Shown one piece after another: positions 1-7,470 of a stretch of DNA of 64,000 nucleotides. Both the position numbers and the translations under genes were made by a program. Source of the stretch: Minisyncoccota bacterium (GTDB taxonomy: Bacteria; Patescibacteriota; Minisyncoccia; Minisyncoccales; CG1-02-41-26); contig JAQULB010000004.1 of NCBI GenBank assembly GCA_028718785.1, positions 2,525 through 66,524 of the forward strand, in the 5' to 3' direction. The number at the start of each line of letters is the position of its first letter. Position 1 is the stretch's first letter. Under the pieces are notes generated by a model, which did no database searches, was not told the origin of the DNA, and saw nothing but the letters and a program-made list of their open reading frames with translations.

Positions 1-71
1 GCTTGGAACAGCGTGGATTTGCCCACATTTGGCAACCCCACAATCCCAACCGATAGTTTTGAAGTTGACAT
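1..71 (-). CDS. ychF: Ribosome-binding ATPase YchF, first ~23 codons only (gene continues past the window start)
   Basis: Hand translation of the minus strand from the ATG at 71-69 gives MSTSKLSVGIVGLPNVGKSTLFQA. This is the N-terminal P-loop (GxPNVGKST) typical of YchF/Obg-family proteins. It is missing from the ORF track because the window edge truncates it. Confidence 0.6.
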   Translation of the reverse strand, partial: MSTSKLSVGIVGLPNVGKSTLFQ

Positions 72-1641
72 AATTATTTATGTTAAAAACTGGCAAATGG
101 CCAAAAACTTGCAGTTCTTCTTTGGTCCCGATTATTCTATCTATAATATTCATTACAATAGCTCTTTTTTTCTCAAAATTCAAAGCCCCTAAAACCTCTG
201 CAGATTCTTTAGCAAAAGCTTCAATTTCATCTTGATTGGGTAAGTTTGTGTTTGTTTGCTCCTCTTCTTGATTTATTTCTAAAATCTGCGCTTCAAGTGT
301 TGTTATTCTTTCTCTTGTCTGAGTAGAGTATTCTTTTAACTTTTCTATCGTAAAAAGCCCGGCTCCGTACGCCCTGTTATAACGATCTTCCTCGCCTCTT
401 AACTTTACAATTTCTTTTTTAAGTGTATCTAAATTACAAAACGCTGGCTTAACTGCTATTTTTTTATTGTTTAACCAATGTTTAACTTGTTTTAATAACA
501 GGTCGGGAGATGTCATTAGTTTCTCTATTTTACCCCAAATGAGCTTGTCGGCAATTCTCGCATTAACAGCTTTTTCTTTACAAAGCGTCCCAAGCGGAAA
601 ATTAAGAGTCCTGTCAGTGCACCTATAATAAAGATGTTTTCCATGCTGTGGCCCCTCCCCCACCCTCCTTCTGCCACAAATACAATATATTTTACCCCCA
701 ACTAAATATTCATTTATTTTATTTCTTTTAGATAATGCGTAATTAGTTTTGAGCCGATCCTCTGCCTTAAAAAATGTATCTCTATCAATTATAACTGGCA
801 CAGGAATTTTTGAAGCTATCCATTCTTCTTCTGGTTTAGTCCTGCGGCTAGATTTTTTCATCTTTTTATATTTTTCTGTATTCAGTGGCCTTGTTGGCAC
901 AACGGCATAAGAACTCCCCCAATGCGCCTCGCCAATATACGCTTTATTTCTTAAAAGATGGCCTACTGTGCTTGTATTCCATACTCCCCTTTTGCTTTTT
1001 CTCGGTTTTATGTCTAAATCTTGCAACTTTTTAACCACCCCTCTTAATGTTAAGCCATCTTCAGCAACCCATTTGAAAATACTTTTAATAACATCCGCCT
1101 CTTTGTCGTTTATTTCGTAATAGCCATGTACATTTTCTTTTTTAGGGATATAGCGATAACCATATAAGGCCTCGCTCACCAAAAGATGCCCCTCCTTAAC
1201 CTTCCTCAACTTGCCTAACCTAAACCGTTCAGATATTTTTGCTCGCTCATATTCAGCAAATAATCCTCTAACGCCATGCAAAATTTTATCCTCGCTATTT
1301 TTTGGAGCGGATATTGTAATAAAAATCACCTCAATTCCAGCTTCCCTTAGTTCATCCATCACTAATTCTTGATAAGAATAACGCCTCGCCAGCCGATCTG
1401 GATCATATACTAAAACCACCTCCCAGATTTTTTCTTTTGCGTCTTGTCGCAGCTTATCAAGGGCGGGCCTTGCCAAAATGTCACCAGACCAGCCATCATC
1501 AATGTATTCTTGAACAATCGTATAGTCATTTTTTTCAGCATACTCTTTAAGAACACCGATTTGGGTTTGAATTGTTTGTTGTTCTTCCTGCCTCGAGGTA
1601 CTCACTCTTGAATATGTCGCTATTAATTTTGTTGTTTTCAT
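1..1641 (-). CDS. Large serine recombinase / integrase (no stop codon reached inside the window)
   Basis: Hand translation from the ATG at 1641-1639 gives MKTTKLIATYSRVSTSRQEEQ..., containing the resolvase catalytic motif YxRVSTxxQ. A recombinase domain, a Cys-rich zinc-ribbon (CICGRR...YYRC...LC) and a coiled-coil follow. 547 codons stay open to position 1. Confidence 0.9.
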   Translation of the reverse strand, partial: MKTTKLIATYSRVSTSRQEEQQTIQTQIGVLKEYAEKNDYTIVQEYIDDGWSGDILARPALDKLRQDAKEKIWEVVLVYDPDRLARRYSYQELVMDELREAGIEVIFITISAPKNSEDKILHGVRGLFAEYERAKISERFRLGKLRKVKEGHLLVSEALYGYRYIPKKENVHGYYEINDKEADVIKSIFKWVAEDGLTLRGVVKKLQDLDIKPRKSKRGVWNTSTVGHLLRNKAYIGEAHWGSSYAVVPTRPLNTEKYKKMKKSSRRTKPEEEWIASKIPVPVIIDRDTFFKAEDRLKTNYALSKRNKINEYLVGGKIYCICGRRRVGEGPQHGKHLYYRCTDRTLNFPLGTLCKEKAVNARIADKLIWGKIEKLMTSPDLLLKQVKHWLNNKKIAVKPAFCNLDTLKKEIVKLRGEEDRYNRAYGAGLFTIEKLKEYSTQTRERITTLEAQILEINQEEEQTNTNLPNQDEIEAFAKESAEVLGALNFEKKRAIVMNIIDRIIGTKEELQVFGHLPVFNINNYVNFKTIGWDCGVAKCGQIHAVPS

Positions 1642-1846
1642 AATCGTTTTTAGTTTTCCTCAACCGCATAACCTCTTCAAAAAGAATTTCAAAAGCTTTA
1701 TTAAGGTTATCGGCTGATTCTACATAATTATAACGCAAAGAGGGACAACGAAAAGACGGTTTGTTACTACACAAAAGCCCTCGTTGCCCCTCCTTAGGTT
1801 TTATCTTTATATCGTCTATTTTGCTTTTGTGTAGTAGTGATTTCAT
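1547..1846 (-). CDS. Hypothetical small protein upstream of the integrase
   Basis: ORF track only, with no recognisable motif. A 95-nt out-of-frame overlap with the integrase start lowers confidence. Confidence 0.25.
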   Translation of the reverse strand: MKSLLHKSKIDDIKIKPKEGQRGLLCSNKPSFRCPSLRYNYVESADNLNKAFEILFEEVMRLRKTKNDYENNKINSDIFKSEYLEAGRTTNNSNPNRCS

Positions 1847-1927
1847 TATACCATTTTATTCTTTAGTATCAAATACCCTGTAAAGCTTTAACTAGTTAAA
1901 ATATGCCGCATGGAAAGCAGTTTTACT

Positions 1928-2179
1928 TTAAATTGTGTTGTCCTCAGTTGCTTTTTTCTTTTCAGACAACCAGCTAAGATGCTTTAAAATTTGCCTTGCG
2001 TCTTGCTTGTCATAGTCGTCTTTTTCAACCAGTTTATAAAACCAGCGATGGATCATTTGTTTGCTAAAATTTTGGTTTTTGACTGCTTCCACGAAACAAA
2101 CATAAGAACTCCAATAAGGATTTTTATTTACAAAACTATTAAATCGCCTTTGTATGGATCGCATATTTTTATTTATCAA
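1928..2179 (-). CDS. Hypothetical protein of the integrated element
   Basis: 83-aa ORF co-oriented and tightly packed with the neighbouring element genes. No motif recognised. Confidence 0.35.
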   Translation of the reverse strand: MINKNMRSIQRRFNSFVNKNPYWSSYVCFVEAVKNQNFSKQMIHRWFYKLVEKDDYDKQDARQILKHLSWLSEKKKATEDNTI

Positions 2180-2546
2180 ATTCTGGTTTTGCCAAAGCCC
2201 TCATATAAAGGGTTAGTTCTTCCAAGTTGCCAGCTTCATGCGTTAAAATAGTTTCAACTGGCTTTCCGTCAACATAAGCCCAAATCATCTTTATAGCAGC
2301 AGTGTTGCCTTCAACAGCCAAACCCAATATCCTGTCAACAATAAACTCAAGATAGGTCTTTTTCTGCCCGGGAGGAATTTCATCAAGCTCTTGCCTTATT
2401 ATTGCTGTTATAGAAATAAATCCCTTGGGCTTGCCACCTAATTTGGGGTGTCCTTCAATAAATTGCCCTGTTTTTTCATCCCTTACCACTATATCCCCAC
2501 TATTATCTGGTTCTTGTTCTATTTTTTGCTCATTTTGTTCACTCAT
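2169..2546 (-). CDS. Hypothetical phage-type protein (GHPKLGGKPKG motif, reminiscent of the DUF5681 family)
   Basis: ORF track, 130 aa from a GTG. I prefer the ATG at 2546 (MSEQNEQ...). The Gly/Pro/Lys motif resembles phage DUF5681 proteins, from memory only. Confidence 0.45.
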   Translation of the reverse strand: MSEQNEQKIEQEPDNSGDIVVRDEKTGQFIEGHPKLGGKPKGFISITAIIRQELDEIPPGQKKTYLEFIVDRILGLAVEGNTAAIKMIWAYVDGKPVETILTHEAGNLEELTLYMRALAKPEFDK

Positions 2547-2556
2547 ATTGTTTTTG

Positions 2557-2570
2557 TGCACGATCGTGCA
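2557..2570. promoter_or_regulatory. Perfect 14-bp palindrome TGCACGATCGTGCA (operator-like)
   Basis: Read directly from the sequence, about 10 nt upstream of the 2546 start. The same TGCAC-N4-GTGCA architecture recurs at 8997-9010 and 12236-12249. Confidence 0.5.
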
Positions 2571-2602
2571 ATTTCTTTATGACCTTTGAATTTTAGTAAT
2601 TC

Positions 2603-2694
2603 CACCCAAACTACCCAAACTACCCAATTTTCAAGTCAAAGCTACCATGGGGACCGACTTTAATTTATGGTAGTTTTGGTAGTTATGGTAGTAA
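2603..2694. repeat. Inverted iteron arrays (candidate replication origin of the element)
   Basis: The left array is CACCCAAACTACCCAAACTACCCAA (2603-2627), with CTACCATGG in the centre. The right array is ATGGTAGTTTTGGTAGTTATGGTAGTAA (2667-2694), the reverse-complement unit. The arrays overlap the 3' end of the primase-helicase gene. Confidence 0.55.
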
Positions 2695-4122
2695 TTTCTC
2701 CTGTTCAGCCAATTCTGCATAATACTTCTCCTCACTTGTCAAGCTTTCTTCCTTTTTTTGCCTTAAAGCCAAATTCACTATCCCCACAAAACTATCCTCA
2801 TCTTGCTTTCTTTTACCTACGATATATCCCTCACTTCTTACCATCTGTCCTACTTGTTTTATTGTCAGAAGCCTTAATCTCTTTTCTCTTAACCATAAAT
2901 TGAAGTTAACGGTAAAATCTTGCAATTTTGTATTCTCTCCAACTACATCTTCATAATTCTCCTCAATAAACTTTGGCAAGGGGTTAGACCTTTCTTCATA
3001 CCGTCGTTCTCTTTCATCGTAATTACCTTCGTTTGTGAATTGGTGTGTTTCGTATAACTTTTTTAAGGTATTAACGCACTTCAAACAAAGATTTTCATAT
3101 TCTTGCTCTGAAACTACTAAAATTACATCTGACTTTATTTCGAACCTATTTGGGAAGTCTGTAATTGCCCATCTCCTATAAAATCCCATAGACCTATCTG
3201 GCGTTGTTGGCAAGCTATTCGTTGATATAATAATTGTAGTGATAGTCGGTGCTGAAAAAGAATTTTTACCCTTAAACTCATATTCTATCTTGTCTTCTCC
3301 AGTCAACATCTTTAGGGTGTTTGTGTTTGAAAGGTCTCCATAACCAACCTCTCCTGCGAAAGCCACTAATTTTTTATAAATAGCACTCTTGGCGAAGTCG
3401 TTTGAAGATAACTTTTTTAGTTCTACTGCCACGCAATTTTCACTGCCTACCAATTTCTCTATAACCTTTAAGAAAGTTCCTTTGCCGTTGCTTCCACCTC
3501 CTGTAAGTGCTATCACTCGTTGCATAAACAAATCATCTGTCAGTGAATAAGCCAAATATTCATATAAGCTTTGAACATAACTTTCATCTTGCACTCCATC
3601 TCTCACTGCCCACTGGTGCAAAAGTTTATCTAATTCTGGTGCTTCTTCCGATTCTCCTAATTTATGTGGTATTGGATTAGTTAAAAAGTATTCATGGCTT
3701 GCCTCTACCTTCTCCCCTGTCTTTGGATTTACTAAAGTATTTAAGAATTGTATCCAACCTTTTGGTTTTTCTTTTGGTGATTGTTCCCTGCCAACCTGTT
3801 TTAACGCAGTCAATATTTCTGCTTTAGTTCTATTGGTAATAGTATCTATTCCCATCTCCTTTCTAATTCCGTTCAATAAATCAACTTCATCTTTCATCTC
3901 ATAGCAGTATCTTTCAGCGTTCCAGAACCAGAATATTCCCTCTGGTGAATAAAATAGTGGTTGTTCTTTTATGAACGCTTCTGCTTGCCCTATTTTGGTA
4001 AAGACCTTGCCTCTTTTTTCTTCTTTTATTTCTTTATTTTTTCCTATAATATCCTCTAATTCTTTTTCGTTTCCCTCAAATCCAGTTTCTTTTGGGCTAC
4101 TATCTAAATTATTTTCTGACAT
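2683..4122 (-). CDS. Phage/plasmid primase-helicase, P4 / D5 family
   Basis: 479 aa. The Walker A is ALTGGGSNGKGTF, followed by a typical D5/P4 C-terminal helicase region (ISTNSLP, YRRW). Confidence 0.85.
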   Translation of the reverse strand: MSENNLDSSPKETGFEGNEKELEDIIGKNKEIKEEKRGKVFTKIGQAEAFIKEQPLFYSPEGIFWFWNAERYCYEMKDEVDLLNGIRKEMGIDTITNRTKAEILTALKQVGREQSPKEKPKGWIQFLNTLVNPKTGEKVEASHEYFLTNPIPHKLGESEEAPELDKLLHQWAVRDGVQDESYVQSLYEYLAYSLTDDLFMQRVIALTGGGSNGKGTFLKVIEKLVGSENCVAVELKKLSSNDFAKSAIYKKLVAFAGEVGYGDLSNTNTLKMLTGEDKIEYEFKGKNSFSAPTITTIIISTNSLPTTPDRSMGFYRRWAITDFPNRFEIKSDVILVVSEQEYENLCLKCVNTLKKLYETHQFTNEGNYDERERRYEERSNPLPKFIEENYEDVVGENTKLQDFTVNFNLWLREKRLRLLTIKQVGQMVRSEGYIVGKRKQDEDSFVGIVNLALRQKKEESLTSEEKYYAELAEQEKLLP

Positions 4123-4227
4123 AATCTTCTGCAGGCTGTTAGGTACAGATGATAGGCAGAAGATTAATTAAGCTATTATCTGCCACCTAGCAAACCCTTA
4201 AATTATTCTTTTTTTATTGACCTTTAT

Positions 4228-4821
4228 TTATTGCAACGATAGCACTGCATCTTTGAAACTTAATCCTCTCACTTTCATCACGAAATCGATTGCGTCCCCC
4301 GTTGCCCCACAAGCGTGGCAATAATAGAAATTGCCCTTTATGTTTAACGATGGGTGCTTTTCTTGTCCTCCAGCGTGAAAGGGGCACCTAACCACATAAC
4401 CTCTTACTTGCCCATACATCTGCTCGTAAATTTGCTTTAATAACCGACTTTTCGCCACTTGCATCTGGTAGTCTGTTAATTTACCCTCAGTTTCTTTTGG
4501 TGGCTCAATAAAGCAAGCTATTCTTTGGGCTTCCCTGTTTATTTCTTTTATCGGCTGTAAATCGAACACTGATATAGTCTTTGCCTTAAACCACCTATCG
4601 AACTCGTTCTGGTACTGGTATGCTTTATGCTTTTCTAATTTTCTTTTGGCTTCTTTGACTAATTGCTCTTTTCGTTCAGTTAATTCTTCCAACCTTTCAA
4701 CAAAATATTCTTTCGCTTCGGGGAATATTTCTAACCACTGCTTTTCAGATAACCACTCTCTTCGGCTTTCATATTGTTTTTCAAGTTCCAGTGTTATTGA
4801 TTCGGTTTGGTCAAAATTCAT
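4228..4821 (-). CDS. CHC2 (DnaG-type) zinc-finger protein, primase-associated
   Basis: The C-terminal sequence CPFHAGGQEKHPSLNIKGNFYYCHACGATGDAIDF is the CHC2 zinc-finger signature. Confidence 0.75.
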   Translation of the reverse strand: MNFDQTESITLELEKQYESRREWLSEKQWLEIFPEAKEYFVERLEELTERKEQLVKEAKRKLEKHKAYQYQNEFDRWFKAKTISVFDLQPIKEINREAQRIACFIEPPKETEGKLTDYQMQVAKSRLLKQIYEQMYGQVRGYVVRCPFHAGGQEKHPSLNIKGNFYYCHACGATGDAIDFVMKVRGLSFKDAVLSLQ

Positions 4822-4825
4822 AATT

Positions 4826-5038
4826 TTATTTGTTTAGATGCGGGTATCTTTCAATAAACCTCATGTCTTCTCCCTCGTCCAATACCCATTTAAGAATATC
4901 GGCCTTTCCTTCTAACCACCTTAAAAATTCTTCATTTTCGCCCTCAGCATTCCTGTGGTGAACAATATGGTCGGAAGTAGAAAATACAGCATCATCGTAA
5001 TTTTTTAACATTTCCCTAATTTCTTGTTCTGTTTTCAT
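4826..5038 (-). CDS. Hypothetical protein of the integrated element
   Basis: 70-aa ORF, 4 nt from the downstream gene. No motif recognised. Confidence 0.35.
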   Translation of the reverse strand: MKTEQEIREMLKNYDDAVFSTSDHIVHHRNAEGENEEFLRWLEGKADILKWVLDEGEDMRFIERYPHLNK

Positions 5039-5081
5039 ATTTGTTCTGTTTTTTTATTTTATGACTTTTTGAACATAGGTT

Positions 5082-5279
5082 TTACAGGTCGCCAGTTTCT
5101 TTTCTGCGTTTTTGAATTTGTTTATACTCCGCCTCTGTCATTGGGCGATAAGTTAACTCAACAAGCCGAAGAAGGGCAACTCCTTTTTCGTAAGCTTCAT
5201 TTCGGCTAATGGTTTTTCCGAAATGGCTTTCGTAAATCTTCTGAAATTTTTCAATTTGTGTGTTGGATAGCATAAACAA
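5082..5279 (-). CDS. Hypothetical protein of the integrated element
   Basis: 65-aa ORF, the first gene of the minus-strand block. No motif recognised. Confidence 0.35.
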   Translation of the reverse strand: MFMLSNTQIEKFQKIYESHFGKTISRNEAYEKGVALLRLVELTYRPMTEAEYKQIQKRRKETGDL

Positions 5280-5281
5280 AA

Positions 5282-5356
5282 ATCCGTTAAAAGCAGGGCG
5301 GGCTCCATTTGGCGATTTCGCCTACCCGGTTTTTAACGGATCTTTTTCGCCAAATG
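5282..5356. repeat. GC-rich element with interleaved inverted repeats (A-B-A'-B')
   Basis: ATCCGTTAAAA (5282-5292) pairs with TTTTAACGGAT (5330-5340). CCATTTGGCGA (5305-5315) pairs with TCGCCAAATGG (5346-5356). Confidence 0.4.
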
Positions 5357-5367
5357 GATTTGCTGTC

Positions 5368-5403
5368 AAATAAAAATAGCCAGAACATATTGTTGTTCTG
5401 GCT
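5368..5403 (-). terminator. Intrinsic-terminator-like hairpin (T-run on the minus strand)
   Basis: AGCCAGAACA-tattgt-TGTTCTGGCT is preceded on the plus strand by an A-run, which is a T-run on the minus strand. Confidence 0.45.
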
Positions 5404-5629
5404 ATTTAAAAACCCAAAAAGAAAGAATTACAACAACAATATGTTGGTAAAACCTCTTTTTGGGTCTTGGTCTTTCTGTGGCATTAGTTTATCCAAATAG
5501 AAAGATTTTGACCGATAAATTTTAATTTATTTTTATATTACAGTAACTTGAAAACTGGGTCAAGTCACGCAATTAAGCCCCGGAATCCACTAAAATCTCC
5601 TCATTTTTACCATCTTTTTAGTTTCTAAC

Positions 5630-5658
5630 TTCCAAAAATCAAAGATTTATGCTATATT
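5630..5658 (+). promoter_or_regulatory. Candidate sigma70-type promoter (TTCCAA-17-TATATT)
   Basis: The -35 is TTCCAA at 5630-5635, the spacer is 17 nt, and the -10 is TATATT at 5653-5658. It lies upstream of the GC-rich leader and the 5845 ORF. Confidence 0.35.
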
Positions 5659-5695
5659 AAAAATAATAATTGAATTGCCTAAACTCGTTTTTTAT

Positions 5696-5815
5696 CGGGC
5701 ATGGCATAAAACCACATGCATACTGAACCAGTCGTTCAGCTCCATGCATGTGGTCTACGCTCGAAAGGGCGTGGGAGGACGCAAGTTCTCGGCTAGCGGC
5801 GGGTTTTGTGTTTTC
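5696..5815 (+). ncRNA. Candidate structured RNA / 5' leader (family unassigned)
   Basis: A GC-rich island in AT-rich DNA. It has a long hairpin, CCACATGCAT..CTGAAC-cagtc-GTTCAG..ATGCATGTGG (5712-5753). A second hairpin, CGCTC-GAAA-GGGCG (5758-5771), has a GNRA loop and a U-G wobble only on the plus strand. Confidence 0.3.
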
Positions 5816-5844
5816 CATTAACAAATAAACTATAATTAAAATAT

Positions 5845-6462
5845 ATGCCTGAACAAGGAATACAAAAAAACCCAATAGAGAAGAAAAAGAAAACTAATGG
5901 TTGTTTAGTGGTTTTTCTTGTTATTGTCGGGGTAATTATTATCGGTGTGCTTTCTAGTAGTGGTAGTAAGAATAAAAGTGCGGAAACATCAAAGAAAGAA
6001 ATGCCAGCCGTCTCCTCTTCAATGAATCAAGTTTCAAGTGCGCCAACTTCGCAGGAAACATCAGAAAAAAAAGCTCAAACTGAAGCAAAAATGAAACAAA
6101 TAGAGAAAGAAATGGAATACAGAACAAAGATAATAAAAATTTGCCAAACAATTTTAGTGGCACAACAGGGCCTGCGTGATTTTCTACTGAAAAATCCTTT
6201 CCCCCCTTCTTGGACAGATAGTGAAACAGCAATGGTGGCAGATTGGATAAACACTATGAGAGAGAGTTATGAGGATACAAAATATATTCAAGCCCCAGAG
6301 GAATTAAAGGAACAACACCAAACTTTTTTAAGGGGAATGAAATACTACAATGACGGCATAGAGGAGCTTGTAAAAGGGTTAGCTCTTTCCGACTCCTCTT
6401 TGATTGAGCAAGCGACAAAGACGATGAATAAGGGAGCGGATCTTTTAAGTGAGGTTCGTTGA
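5845..6462 (+). CDS. Hypothetical membrane-anchored protein
   Basis: 205 aa with an N-terminal TM helix (CLVVFLVIVGVIIIGVL), then a low-complexity linker and a helical domain. Confidence 0.5.
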   Translation: MPEQGIQKNPIEKKKKTNGCLVVFLVIVGVIIIGVLSSSGSKNKSAETSKKEMPAVSSSMNQVSSAPTSQETSEKKAQTEAKMKQIEKEMEYRTKIIKICQTILVAQQGLRDFLLKNPFPPSWTDSETAMVADWINTMRESYEDTKYIQAPEELKEQHQTFLRGMKYYNDGIEELVKGLALSDSSLIEQATKTMNKGADLLSEVR

Positions 6463-6482
6463 TATATCGCTAATTAAAAAAT

Positions 6483-7010
6483 ATGACAAATAATAACACG
6501 GAAAAAATAATCGGCTGGTATGAAATAGCTACTGACCATTTCTTTTGCGTTGAGTGCTTTCTTAAATTAAAAAATTTAAATAAAAAAAGCTATGAAGCAA
6601 TGGTTGATTTTCTCAAGAATCGAATCCAAAAGAAAAAAGACTACAAACTAACATATAAACCAATACAAAAAGAGGATTTAGGGGAGGATGTTTATACTTG
6701 TGATAAATGCGGAAGGGATTATGGAAGAGGGAAAGAGCCAAATAAAGAAGAGGAAAAAGTAGTTAAAAGAGAAATCCAAGAAACAAAATGCACCTGTAGT
6801 GCTTGTGGAAATGTTTGGTTTTATGGCAAAGAAGATGTCGCAAAAGAAAGGGAGAAAATAAGGGACAACGCAGGTAGGGCTATGGCTTGTTGCGGTGGTT
6901 GTTTATTACCGATGTTGCTTACTCCGCACAGAGAACCTATAGACCTTGATAAATGTCCAAAGTGTAATTCGAAAGCAATAACAAAAGAAACAGTTGTTCA
7001 CAATGTCTAA
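6483..7010 (+). CDS. Hypothetical multi-zinc-ribbon protein
   Basis: 175 aa with four CxxC-type pairs (CVEC, CDKCG, CTCSACG, CPKCN). Confidence 0.5.
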   Translation: MTNNNTEKIIGWYEIATDHFFCVECFLKLKNLNKKSYEAMVDFLKNRIQKKKDYKLTYKPIQKEDLGEDVYTCDKCGRDYGRGKEPNKEEEKVVKREIQETKCTCSACGNVWFYGKEDVAKEREKIRDNAGRAMACCGGCLLPMLLTPHREPIDLDKCPKCNSKAITKETVVHNV

Positions 7011-7221
7011 AATAATAATTCTTTTAATAAGGATATATCAAAAAACACTTTCTCATCTTTTAGTTTATTTAGGAGTAAGGTGCCGTTTTTACCCAACTTG
7101 TTCAGAATATGCAATTTTGTCTCTCGAAAAATATGGCTTACGAATTGGCATCAAAAAAATATATCATAGATTATACAGATGTCGCCCTGATAATTTTGAA
7201 AGTTGTATAGATTTTCCATAA
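7003..7221 (+). CDS. yidD: Membrane protein insertion efficiency factor YidD
   Basis: The sequence MSKIIILLIRIYQKTLS...CRFYPTCSEYAILSLEKYG...RLYRCRPDN is the YidD signature. The start was moved to the ATG at 7003. Confidence 0.85.
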   Translation: MSKIIILLIRIYQKTLSHLLVYLGVRCRFYPTCSEYAILSLEKYGLRIGIKKIYHRLYRCRPDNFESCIDFP

Positions 7222-7268
7222 ATAATATTACAAAGGTTTAATAAATAAAAGTAATTATCTAAAATTAT

Positions 7269-7382
7269 ATGTCAGAAAAAAGTGTCAAAGAAGCAAAAAG
7301 CTATCCAATAGCCGGGACTTTAATCATAATTATTATGGTTATAGTAGCTATTTATATTGGCAGCTATTTCGGTAGTCGATAA
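7269..7382 (+). CDS. Possible 37-aa single-pass membrane peptide
   Basis: Hand-found ORF MSEKSVKEAKSYPIAGTLIIIIMVIVAIYIGSYFGSR, below the ORF-track cutoff. Confidence 0.3.
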   Translation: MSEKSVKEAKSYPIAGTLIIIIMVIVAIYIGSYFGSR

Positions 7383-7470
7383 TTAAGGATACAAACATAA
7401 AAGCTGTTATTGCTTATATAAACAAAGGTCAGAGTCATTAAAAATTAAATTAAAATTACAATTAAAAAAT

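Larger units (their letters stand above)
72..5300. mobile_element. Integrated element with a serine integrase and a primase-helicase replication module; right boundary uncertain (5300-5600)
   Basis: A contiguous minus-strand block holds the integrase, small phage-type ORFs, a P4/D5 primase-helicase, a CHC2 zinc-finger protein, iterons and an operator-like palindrome. The integrase abuts the ychF start. Confidence 0.55.

Noticed and set aside
54-5562. A 12-nt inverted match, AGTTTTGAAGTT (54-65) versus AACTTGAAAACT (5551-5562, one mismatch), as possible attB half-sites marking both element ends.
   Set aside because: It is too short and too AT-rich to be significant in 64 kb. It is kept only as a hint for the right boundary.
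5758-5800. Local resemblance of GUGGGAGGACGCAAGUUCUCGG..AGCGGCGGGUU to the c-di-GMP-I (GEMM-I) riboswitch core (GACGCAAAGC..CGG..GGGUUACC).
   Set aside because: The second hairpin and the GGCAAACC-type 5' element are missing, and the similarity is only a few short words recalled from memory. A covariance-model scan is needed before any family call.
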